Shown here: piece after piece, positions 12,350 to 23,151 of the stretch
How the letters are laid out: each line of letters starts with the position of its first letter
How positions within the stretch are numbered: the stretch's first letter is position 1
Origin: Octopus sinensis
Taxonomy: Eukaryota
Assembly (NCBI RefSeq): GCF_006345805.1
Contig: NC_042997.1
Location: 44,082,001 to 44,146,000, forward strand
Direction of reading: 5' to 3'
DNA length: 64,000 nucleotides
The notes under the pieces: generated by a model
What the model was told of the DNA's origin: nothing
The model's database searches: none
The model's input: only the letters and a program-made list of their open reading frames with translations
Program-made: the position numbers and the translations under genes

Positions 12350-14245
12350 ATGGTAGGGGGCTCTGGAAGCAGCCTCAGGGAGTAGCGTCCCTGCCTTCCT
12401 GAGCTAGTTTTCCACCACATTTCTTAAAAACCATGGTAAGAGGCCTCAAGTCTCGTGACCAATCTTGTCTAGAAACTGGGGTTGGGAGTAAGCAATGGCC
12501 TGCTTCCTCTAGAAGATCCAGATCTGAAAAAGCCTCTTGGTAATAGCAAAGGAGAATGCACACCAGCCAGCCCAGAGATTGGGGTGGGCTGCACCTGCCT
12601 ACCTCACAAAGGTGGGTGAAAGGAGGGTGCAAACCCTCACCCTGGGTTGCGCAAGCATGTCTTGCCTTAAGATGGCTGATGGCCTGAGAAGTTTGGGGTG
12701 AAGTTGGGAAGGTGGAATGTGAGCAGTCTACGTGGAAGGGGAACTGGGGTGTGTGAGGAATCGAGAAAGTGGTGGGTGGATGTGTGTTGGGTGGTGGAGG
12801 CTAGGTGGTGGAGCCAGGGTGTAAGATTTTTGGGTGTCAAGGGAAGGAGGTACAAGTTGTGGTGGTGGTGGTGGTTGTGAAATAGCAAGGGGCTGGAAGT
12901 GTGGAAGTTTTGTTGAAGGCAGAAATCTGTGAGAAGGTGGTGGAGGTCAGGAGGAAGAGTGGCTGAGTGGTGACAGTAGTGTTAGGACTTGAGGAAGAAG
13001 TGGTGAGGGTGATTTGTGGGTATGGTCTGCAAAGTGGAAGAGAGATCGCTGAGAAAGGGCAGTTCTTTGATGAAATGGTGAATGAGTGGGACTTAGGTAA
13101 GGGAGATGAATTGGTTTTGGGCATGGGTGATTTTAATGTTGGGAAATGATTCCAGGGCTTTGAAGGTGTGCATGGGGGAAACGGAATTCATCATCATCAT
13201 CGTTTAACGTCCGTTTTCCGCGCTAGCATGGGTTGGACGGTTCGACCAGGGTCTGGGAAGCCAGGGGCTGCACCAGGCTCCAGTCTGATCTGGCAGAGTT
13301 TCTACAGCTGGATGCCCTTCCTAATGCCAACCACTCCACGAGTGTAGTGGGCGCTTTTTATGTGCCACCTGCACAGGTGCCAGGTGGGGTCCGGCATCGG
13401 CCCCGATCGGTTGGAGCTTTTAACGTGCCACTGGCACGGAAGCCAGCCAAGGCAGCGCTGGCAACGGCCATGATCGGATGGTGCTTTTTATGTGCCACTG
13501 GCACAGAAGAGAATTGGGGAGAGAAATGTTGAAGGAAGGATGCTGTTGGAGTTTTGTGATGAGAAAGAGTTGAGTGTGGTGAAGACGTGGTTTAGGAAAA
13601 CAGAGAAAAGGGAGGTGACTTTCAGTGCAGGAGGGAATGAGACAGAGATTGATTTCCTGTTGGTTGGCAGGAAAAACAGAAAATATCTGAGAGATGTGAA
13701 GACAATACCAGGTGAGTTGCAGCACAGGTTGGCGGTTGCTGACTTCAATAAGAGGGAAGTTAAAATGTGTGTGAGAAAGGGAACAGTTGAGAGGAGAAAG
13801 GTGTGGAAACTGAAGGAAGAAGAAACAAGAGCAAGGTTTGAGGAGAGAGTTGGGGAGTTGGTGAGCATTGATGCACCAGATTTGTGGAAGTCATTTAAAG
13901 AAAGGTATGTGACGAAGTGTGTGGAAGGATGAAAGGTAGGAGAGATTGAGGAGGAGATATGTGGTGGTAGAAGGAGGAGGAATCAGTGGAATGGCTGGCA
14001 AGGGCAAATGGAATGCGGTGGTATGGGCATGGGCTGAGGAGTGTGCTTGTGTTTAAGGTAAATGGATCGTGAAAGCGAGGTAGACCAAGGAAAACATAGA
14101 GGGGACAGGTGGAGGAGGAGGAGATTGAGGGGGTTGGCTTGAGGAGGGAGGCCGTGTAAAACTGGGAAGAAAGATGGTGAGATGATGTGAGGGTGGTTGT
14201 TATGGCATTGAGGTAGATATGGCCACCCCCCACTTAATGGGTACA
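12350..14245 (+). mobile_element. Second RTE-type LINE lineage: probable 5' UTR plus APE endonuclease region, 3'-truncated and degenerate
   Basis: Frames read KLGRWNVSSLRGRG, MGDFNVG, GRMLLEFC...EIDFLLV...LQHRLAVAD and RRKVWKLK, which are APE motifs of RTE ORFs. Split by an RTE-tail insertion at 13189-13505. Confidence 0.78.
13189..13505 (-). mobile_element. RTE 3' tail fragment nested in the older LINE
   Basis: (CAT)n followed by CGTTTAACGTCCG...GGATGCCCTTCCTAATGCC. Confidence 0.85.
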
Positions 14246-14287
14246 AAACCAGGATTTAAAACACTGGATGATGATGATGATGATACA

Positions 14288-14671
14288 CAGGAGTGGCTGT
14301 GTGGTAAGTAGCTTGCTAACCAACCACATGGTTCCGGGTTCAGTCCCACTGCGTGGCATCTTGGGCAAGTGTCTTCTGCTATAGCCCCGGGCCGACCAAT
14401 GCCTTGTGAGTGGATTTGGTTGACGGAAACTGAAAGAAGCCTGTCGTGTATATGTATGTGTGTGTTTGTGTGTGTGTGTTTGTCCCCCTAGCATTGCTTG
14501 ACAACCGATGCTGGTGTGCTTACGTCCCCGTCACTTAGCGGTTCGGCAAAAAGAGACCGATAGAATAAGTACTGGGCTTACAAAGAATAAGTCCCGGGGT
14601 CGATTTGCTCGACTAAAGGCGGTGCTCCAGCATGGCCGCAGTCAAATGACTGAAACAAGTAAAAGAGTAAA
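14288..14671 (+). mobile_element. SINE family 1
   Basis: Near-identical to the reverse complement of 230-672. Confidence 0.9.
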
Positions 14672-15054
14672 GAGTATACACACACACACATGTATACACA
14701 CACGCACACTTATACACACACACACTGGAATGTATACTTTTTTCTGGTTCCCACCACTGGGTTGTGACCATGCTTGTGCATTACCTTCAAGGGTTTCTTT
14801 AGACAGTGAAGAAATCTACCTCTTTCGTATGGTAACTTATTTTTTTTGACCTTTAACAGAAGTAGACTTCTGAAAACATTCATGTGAGGGGAGATAACTC
14901 GACCCTAACTACTAGACTGAATTTCTGTTCAGATGCACGGATTCTTGGATTACTCCAAAAACTTAAGCATTCACACACATATACACACTTACACACATTC
15001 CTATCTACCAATTTCCACTCAGAAATTGTATGTATGTGTGTTTCTTTGTTTGTT

Positions 15055-15101
<47 letters not shown>

Positions 15102-15181
15102 GTATGTATCATTATCACTATGGACTCTGTGTGGGCAGTCATCTAAAAGTTTTTGTTCGTCATGATGCTGACATAAGTTCC

Positions 15182-15270
15182 TTGTCTTTCCTGATGAGAA
15201 AGCGGCATAATGCACCCTTTATTCCTTCGGAATTAAGAATATGCAGTCTTCGAAACATATGTCGAGAATA
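15182..15270 (+). ncRNA. Type I hammerhead ribozyme-like motif
   Basis: CUGAUGA 15191-15197. Helix II arms 15198-15209 and 15240-15251. GAAA 15252-15255. Helix III AC-AUAU-GU, then GUC at 15261-15263. Helix I is imperfect. Confidence 0.72.
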
Positions 15271-15489
15271 AAGGAATTTTGTTAGATCGTCGTTCGACTC
15301 CATTCTTTCATTTATCTATAGTAAAAAAACACAAAAAAACACACAAATTTCCACACGAAAGCACGTGATTCTGCCCTTGGCATGTAGCTTCAACCGTGCT
15401 TTCTGACGTAAATTTGCTACCCGGGTATCGGTTAACCGAATTATCGATACTAGGATAATTCATTCAACTACTTATATATATATATATGT

Positions 15490-16050
15490 ATATGTAAAAA
15501 AATACAAACTGGGACAAGAACGCAAAACATTTAGAAAACGATACAAAAAACACAGACGGGACATTTGAAGCCTTCAATCTTCAGTCAAGAACCAGATCAT
15601 CCTCGCAACTTCGGCTGAGAGAGAGAGAGATGTACTTGCATAGCAAGTGACCTGATCTGAGATCGTGTGCTGGAACAAAAACAATTGCAGTGTGGAAGGT
15701 GTTTATAATCCATTTAAGAAGCACACAAAGTCCGTTAGATTCACTTCAACATTTAAATTTAATTCGCCAAAATATTTTCATTGCTTTCAGACCACGACCC
15801 ATTCGCTGACAAAATATGCACACACACACACACACACACATATATAGTTCAAATTTGCAGAAAACAAAAGATAAAGACAGGTGTAGGAACAACAAGCAGG
15901 TGTATTAGGTTGATGCTTGGGGAAAATGGGAAAGTCTTTTATGTTTTGAAACTATGCTCTTTGACAAAGGATTAAAGGTAAAAAATGGAGAGAGAATATA
16001 AAAAAAGCGGAGAGAGTAAAAAAGTGCAGAGATCTACATTGTAACATAGG
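15490..16050 (-). mobile_element. Penelope-like pLTR-derived fragments (decayed)
   Basis: Decayed HHR-like cores at 15558-15584 and 15931-15966. The second resembles the better-preserved copy at 39500-39730. The family assignment is inference. Confidence 0.4.
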
Positions 16051-16064
16051 TATATGCATACATA

Positions 16065-16462
16065 TCTTTATATATAAAAGTAAAGTTGTGTGTCTGTCTC
16101 CTACGATTTAGATTCCTAACTACTCCCACATTTTGTGGTGCAGTTTAACCAAAACCGGGTATCTTATAGTCGTGATTCATATCGAGCCCTTCTGGGTATT
16201 AGCGCGCGTCTATGATGAGTCTACGATTTTAAAAATAATTTACCATCATTTTTTCCATTTTAATGCATTTTTTCGCTATTATATAAGGGAAGTAACTCTC
16301 TAAAAATGTCTACGATGAGTCAACGATTAAAAAAAAAATTTACCATCATTTGTTTTCCATTTTTAATGCATTTTTTTTGCTATTTTTTGGCTATAACTCT
16401 CTAAAAATGCTTATATAGTTATTTCCCTTACAAACCCGAGCTACGCCAGGTGATATTGCTAG
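16065..16462 (+). mobile_element. Non-autonomous Helitron-like element
   Basis: TC...CTAG|T ends, a subterminal hairpin, and an internal duplicated GTCTACGATGAGTC block. Confidence 0.7.
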
Positions 16463-16803
16463 TTTAAGTATAGAAACAGAAACATACATATATGTACATA
16501 TGAGTGTACAGGTTTTGGAGATGTTTTTTTAAATGTTCAGTTATAATAAAAACAATTTTATATTAATCTGATGGGCTACTCTGTACTTTTGTGGAGGACA
16601 CATTTAATATTCTTAAGCAAGAATATCATTGGCTGTGGCTTTGAAGTTTCAACTTGCTTAAAAGTTACTGTCAGTATTTTGGTTTAAGAATAAATACACA
16701 TGCACACACATATATATTATATTGGAGGAAAAACAAAAACCAAGGCAGAACGAGTATCTCAAGTCATTTAGAATAATTCAGTTAGGGTAAGGGGAATTTG
16801 AAT

Positions 16804-16888
16804 TTGTCTTACAGCCGTTTCTGAGATAAACCAAGTGAGATAACCCAAGTCCATGTCTGTGCACTGGCTATTCCATCATCAGAGACAA
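16804..16888 (-). ncRNA. Type I hammerhead ribozyme-like motif
   Basis: Minus strand: UUGUCU-CUGAUGA-[helix II]-GAAAC-GGCU-GUA-AGACAA. Helix I is a perfect 6 bp and the core is intact. Confidence 0.78.
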
Positions 16889-17451
16889 GGTATAAATATT
16901 TTAGAAGGAGAAAAATCTACAGTTTATAAGGAATAAAATTCATAATTTAAAAGGAATAAAATAGAAGAATAAAGAGCAAAAGTAGATAGAAGAATATAGG
17001 CTGGAGAATAATGTTTACAACTCATCTTTTTACAGAAGAAAAAGGAATATGTTTACAGTTAAAATCTCAGGCAAATCCAGGCAGTATTTTGAATGCTGTA
17101 TTCACATTGTAAATGCGTATATAGAGTGAGAAAGTATGATGGACATAAATGGGTTTTGTGAGTGGGTGTATGAGAGAAAAAGAGAGGAGAAAGGAATAAA
17201 AAGAAAGATCATGATAAAAGGACTTACCTGGGATAGTGGTAAATGGATTTACCTGGAATTTTAACTAAAAACCTTTACTTTCATGGATGTACCAACATCC
17301 ATATGCTTTGGAAAAAGATGAGTTGTGAACATTATTCTCCTGCTTATATTCTTCTAACTACTTTTACTCTTTATTCTTCTATTTTAATCTTTATTCTTCT
17401 ATATTATTCCTTATAAACTGTAAATTTTCCCCCATCTACAATATTCATACT

Positions 17452-17529
17452 TTGTATCTGATGACAATACCTAGTGCATGGACGTGCTAACCAACCACTT
17501 GGGTTATCCCAGAAACAGCTGTAAGACTT
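17452..17529 (+). ncRNA. Type I hammerhead ribozyme-like motif (helices I and II degenerate)
   Basis: CUGAUGA 17458-17464, then GAAAC-AGCU-GUA 17512-17523 with palindromic helix III. It is the inverted counterpart of 16804-16888. Confidence 0.62.
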
Positions 17530-17757
17530 CAAATTAACCTTACCCTAATTAAATTATTCTAAATGACTTGAGATATTCATTGTGCCTTGTTTTTGATTTT
17601 TTTCTCTAATATAATATATACACGCTATAATGGAAGCCTTAGCTGTGATCTTGGAACCTAACAGCTGACCTACTGTAGCACTTATGCAGTGTACCTCTTC
17701 TTTTAGATCACAAGTGAACTAAGCCCCTTATATTCTTTATACATACATACATATATG

Positions 17758-18644
17758 TGAGGGGGTACCCAAAAGAAACCTGAATTTTGCAATATAATTT
17801 CATTCACTTACATTTACATGTTTACACTTTTATTGCCATCAAAGAATTCTTCATTTGAAGCAATGCATTAGTCCAGACATGTTTTCCACAATCCGAAGCA
17901 GTGCTGGAACTCTTGCAAAGTGATGCCTTTTAACAATTCCGTTGTTCTTTTCTTCACCTCTTTCGCATTTGCAAATTCCATAGCACCAGCTTTCATCACT
18001 AGTGATGACCTTCAAAAAAGGGTCCAGATCAACTTACAACTGTTCTTTCAGTTCATGACACACATTCATTCATGACTTCTTTTGATCTTCCGTGAGCAAG
18101 TGAGGCACAAATTTTGCTGCGACTCTTTTCATTCACAATTTTTCACTCAAAATTCGTTGCTAGGAACTCCAGGACACACCAGTCATGTCAACAAGTTCGT
18201 CAATTGTTTGGTGATTGTTCTCCAAGATCAATTCATGAATTTTCATGTCTTCATTTGTCCAGGAGGTTGATGGTTGTCCTGAATGAGATTGGTCTGCAAG
18301 CAACCATTCCAAAAGTGTGGTTTCCACTCGTAAACTTGTGTTTTGCTCATGGCAGCATCCTTGTAAGCTGTTTGAAGCATGATAACTGTTTTGGCCACTA
18401 TTTTCCCCAGCAGAATACAGAATTTCATGGAAGCATCTTTTCAGCTATCGCAAAATTCAATGATCAGAGGAGAAGCTCTGCAAAACAAAGATGCACCACA
18501 TGACAGTACAACATCTGTTGACCACTGTTGGTCAGCAGGCCGATGCCTGAGGGTCATATCAAGTGACTTCTAGTGGCAGAAGTCACTTGATATGATCCTT
18601 GTCCTATCAAGGAACATTTCCGGTTAGTTTTGGGTACCCCCTTG
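17758..18644 (-). mobile_element. mariner element relic, internally deleted
   Basis: TIRs GAGGGGGTACCCAAAA / TTTTGGGTACCCCCTTG|TA. ORF 18243-18428 KFCILLGK...TVIMLQTAYKDAAMSKTQVYEW is a mariner HTH. Confidence 0.85.
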
Positions 18645-18686
18645 TATATATATTTCTGTGCATCTTTGCATGTATATGTATGTATG

Positions 18687-18725
<39 letters not shown>

Positions 18726-18930
18726 CTCAGTATAACAGTGCAAACCCACCATCTCAAAAACCTTGATACACATATGTATATCTATGTATGTGTGTGTTTC
18801 TGTACTTATATATGCATGTATATACCTGTGTATTTATGTAAGTATGTATAAGAATCTATGTATGTGTGTGTGAGTATATATCTATATATATCTATATATC
18901 TATATATATATCTATATATCTATATATATA

Positions 18931-18985
<55 letters not shown>

Positions 18986-20391
18986 TTTCCAGTTCTTGTA
19001 ATTGGCTATATTGTATAAAGAATTATGGAGGTAATCACTTATGGTGTCCTCTTCTCCAGAAACAGAGAATGGTCGAGCAAGATGTTAGCAACCTTTTCTC
19101 ATTAGAAATAAATAAATAAAAAATAACAAAAAATTGACCTGATATTGGGACCATCCGTAGATGGATTTGTCTACAGAATCATGGAATGGAAGTTTTGAAG
19201 AATTTGTGAACATTATTTTCCCTGTGATGCTTGTATGAAAACAACACCAAGTTTAAGCCGATTGTCATAACAGATTTCCTCGTGTCACTTTTTGAACTGT
19301 GTATTTCTTCCTCCGCTTTGTGCCATCACAAAGCAGACCTTTCTTCTTTGGAAGCATTTTTTAAAAATAATGAATTTTATAAAACTGTTTTATTCTCTAT
19401 CCCTCTTCTACTAACCCCCTTGCTCTTATCCCCTTAGTTCACTCCTATTACTCTCCATTCTGTCACCCTCTCACACTAGTTATTTCCCCTTTATTCTCTC
19501 TTTTATTACCCTCTTGTTCATGTTTCTATTCGATCTCCTTAGCAATAACCATCATGTAGCTGCTTTTTAGTTTTTGTCTTTTGTATTCAGTCCTCTTACC
19601 AACAACCATCATCTAGCTCTGTCACTCACTCAATCTCTTTCTCATTATTCTTGCTCTTTATCACTCTTTCACTCTGGCTTCCTTTGTTTATGCTGTCTTT
19701 TATCACCTTTTTGCTCCCATCACTTTAGTCCTCTTCTGTGAGACTCTCTCTCTTCTTTAATCTTGTCAGATACGAGACAACCTCTCCGCATTGATAAATG
19801 ATGTATAGTTAGAGAGTACTCTTTAGTCATGCCAGGGACAAGTTAACCTCTCCAATGCCGCTTCCACCATCAGAAGCACTCAGTGTGGGAGGCAGTAGGA
19901 AGGACATCCAGCTGTAATAACCATGACAAAAATAGAATGTATTGGAATTTATGAATGAGATTGAGATGTGATCCACAATGTATCCAGGAAGTCAGTAACT
20001 TTGAATAGGGACTGACTTGGAATGGAACGAGATATCCAACCCATGCTGGCATGGAAAAATAGACGCAAATTGTCAATGAAAATATATTGTTGATTGCTAG
20101 TTTGCCTGCAGATCAAATTTCATCTCCCTGAGTATTTTTCATATTCCTTCTCATCAGTGAATTAAACATATATATCACTTGTTTGTAACATTATTTTGAT
20201 TAGCATAGTTTTCTTTCTCATTGCATTAACTTACATATATTGCTTGAACATTCAGTCTGTTCTGGCCTTGCTGTTTCTTCTTAAGGCTATTCTAGTATTC
20301 CTTAAGAATAATTGTTACCCAGGAGATACATTGAGGGCCATAGGTAAATTGAGTGAAGGTAGTGACTTATTGGCTAATTAGTACATTGTAT

Positions 20392-20735
20392 ATAATAATA
20401 AATAATAAATAAAAAAAAAAACATTGTGTACAGTGCTCAGGTGCACTACAACTCATCTAAAGTGTATGTATAATCAGGTGTAGTTTCGGCGGATTTCGGA
20501 AAGCATGAGAGCCTTAAAGGATGCAGTGTCATGGCAGTCAACAACTGATGCAGGCAGTTTGTTCCATGCTTCAGCAACTCTGAGCGTGAAAAAATGTTTC
20601 CGAAAGTCATGGGAGCTGTGTTGTTTTCTGACTTTGTAGGCATGTCCACGTGTGTTAGACACATGGAGATCAAAAAGGTGTTCAGTGTTGTTGTTGGTGA
20701 GGTGGTTGATAACTTTGTGGGTGTTTACCATTGCT
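20392..20735 (-). mobile_element. CR1-group LINE 3' fragment
   Basis: ORF 20474-20731 THKVINHLTNNNTEHLF...TRGHAYKVRKQHSSHDFRKHFFTLRVAEAWNKLP, with an (ATT)n tail. Confidence 0.85.
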
Positions 20736-21139
20736 AGATTAGTCCATCAAATTATAAATAAGCCCCTTATACTAGTATAGCATTCCATAGTCAATGATAA
20801 TACTATTAACTGATTTTGAAGCTTAAAATCTCTCGCCCACTACTTTACTGCTGAGAGAGGCTTATGTAAAATATTTGATTACTATGCAAGGAAGAATATA
20901 TCCAAAAATTCAATGAACACCTGACTACCAGAGTTTAACTAACATGGTGGGGGAAATTGATGTTAATTTGCTTTTCTCTGTAAATCAGAATCAGAATGTA
21001 GATAATGTAAAATAATTAGTATATCATTAGTGTAAGAAAGTTGTGATTAGGGACTATATAAAAAAAAATGCATCCGCTTCTATGATGAAATTAATTATTA
21101 AATACATTACCAAAATGCTTTAAAATTCATAAAATACAA

Positions 21140-21544
21140 GGCGCAGGAGTGGCTGTGTGGTAAGTAGCTTGCTTACCAACCACATGGTTCCGGGTTCAGT
21201 CCCACTGCATGGCATCTTGGGCAAGTGTCTTCTGCTATAGACCCGGGCCGACCAATGCTTTTTGAATGGATTTGGTAGACGGAAACTGAAAGAAGCCTGT
21301 CGTATATATGTATATATATATATGTATGTGTGTGTGTGTGTTTGTGTGTCTGTGTTTGTCTCCCCTGGCATTACTTGACAACCGATGCTGGTGTGTTTAC
21401 GTCCCCGTCACTTAGCGGTTCGGCAAAAGAGACCGATAGAATAAGTACTGGGCTTACAAAGAATAAGTCCCGGGCTCGATTTGCTCGACTAAAGGCGGTG
21501 CTCCAGCATGGCCGCAGTCAAATGACTGAAACAAGTAAAAGAGT
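21140..21544 (+). mobile_element. SINE family 1
   Basis: Full-length match to the other copies, followed by a degenerate second head at about 21546-21720. Confidence 0.9.
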
Positions 21545-22015
21545 ATGACTGTGTGGTTAAGAAGCTTCAGGTTCCGTTCCACTGCATGGTATATGGGCAA
21601 GTGTTTTCTATGATAGAACTAGGTTAACCAATACTGAGTGGATGGATTTGGTTGATGGAAGCTGAAAGAAACCCATCACATATATATATGTGTGTGTGTG
21701 TGTGTTTGTGCCACTTTATCTTGACATTATGTGACAGTTGTAAGTGCGTGTCACCATCATACAACCAGTTTCAGTTGTTTCCAATTTTCCAAGGGTGAGC
21801 CTGGACAACAAGTGTTGGTTGATGACAACAAGTGCATCTGTCTGTAGAAAATCGACCTCTATGAATTTAGTCTTACCCCTTGATAAAATGGTGATTCAAT
21901 TCCAACAGTTTGCTACCAACAAAAAAAGAAAAGAAAGACAACGGACATTGCTATATTCATATTTCTGACAAATCCTTTTTTTCTGAATGACACTTCTTCT
22001 AGTATAGACAGAGAT

Positions 22016-22360
22016 CATCATCATCATCGTTTAACGTCCGTTTTCTGCGCTAGCACGGGTTGGACGGTTCGACCGGGGTCTGGGAAGCCAGGGGCTGCAC
22101 CAGGCTCCAGTCTGGTCTGGCAGAGTTTCTACAGCTGGATGCCCTTCCTAACGCCAACCACTCCGCGAGTGTAGTGGGTGCTTTTTACGTGCCACCTGCA
22201 CAGGTGCCAGGGGGTCCGGCATCGGCCACGATCGGTTGGAGCTTTTAACGTGCCACAGGCACGGAAGCCAGTCAAGGTGGCGCTGGCAACGGCCACGTTC
22301 GGATGGTGCTTTTTATGTGCCACTGGCACAGAAGCCAGTCAGGGCGGCGCTGGCATCCAT
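22016..22360 (-). mobile_element. RTE 3' tail fragment
   Basis: (CAT)n followed by CGTTTAACGTCCG, with 2-3 repeat units. Confidence 0.85.
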
Positions 22361-22746
22361 CTCCAATAAAGTATTTAAATGTAATATAATGGCTTGCACA
22401 AAAACCACGGTTGAGCAATTCCAAACTTCTAATAATAATAATTAGTATATCAACCTATATATTTGATAATTTATTGATTTGAAAAAATATCCTTTCTGTT
22501 CCTATCGCTTTTTGGTCTCAAATTAACTGACTGACTTGAACCATGTTTCAGTTATAACCATGGCATCTTGTACGTAAACAAAACGCTTCCAGGACCACAT
22601 CATTCCACATGTGGGGGGCGGGGTGATTGTATAGGGGCTCCATCTTTGACTAGTTTATTTCTTGTGGTTGTGTGGACTGTCTAATTGTTTCCTAGCTCCG
22701 TCTGTACTACTTATGCAAATCTATGACAGAATGTTGAGCAGATATA

Positions 22747-23151
22747 GGTGCAGGAGTGGCTGTGTGGTAAGTAGCTTGCTAACCAACCACATGGTTCCGG
22801 GTTCAGTCCCACTGCGTGGCATCTTGGGCAAGTGTCTCCTGCTATAGCCCCGGGCCAACCAATGCCTTGTGAGTGGATTTGGTAGACGGAAACTGAAAGA
22901 AGCCTGTCGTATATATGTATATATATATAAGTGTGTGTGTATATGTTTGTGTGTCTGTGTTTGTCCCCCTAGCATTGCTTGACAACCGATGCTGGTGTGT
23001 TTACATCCCCGTCACTTAGCGGTTCAGCAAAAGAGACCGATAGAATAAGTACTGGGCTTACAAAGAATAAGTCCCGGGGTCGATTTGCTCGACTAAAGGC
23101 GGTGCTCCAGCATGGCCACAGTCAAATGACTGAAGCAAGTAAAAGAGTAAA
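22747..23151 (+). mobile_element. SINE family 1
   Basis: Full-length match to the other copies. Confidence 0.9.

Larger units (their letters stand above)
16721..17610. repeat. Imperfect palindrome of about 890 bp (arms about 350 bp), probably an inverted Penelope-like pLTR pair
   Basis: 16721-17080 is the reverse complement of about 17245-17610; for example GGAGAATAATGTTTACAACTCATCTTTTT pairs with AAAAAGATGAGTTGTGAACATTATTCTCC. Each arm carries an HHR core. Confidence 0.85.

Noticed and set aside
11406-12420. Long ORFs rich in IY/HT/VC dipeptides (also 8286-8700, 33868-34368, 40272-40746, 51343-51697, 59988-60185, 62198-62392)
   Set aside because: These are translations of microsatellite or low-complexity DNA.
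15558-15966. Two further hammerhead-like cores (15558-15584 and 15931-15966, minus strand)
   Set aside because: The GAAA and/or CUGA core is mutated, so they are counted only as decayed relatives.
20105-20160. CTGATGA on the minus strand with a downstream GAAA
   Set aside because: No helix I, II or III pairing can be drawn, so it is a chance match.
21797-21960. Acceptor-like site followed by GEPGQQVLVDDNKCICL as a cassette exon
   Set aside because: In-frame stop, no recognisable homology, and it is not needed for the TMEM164 frame.
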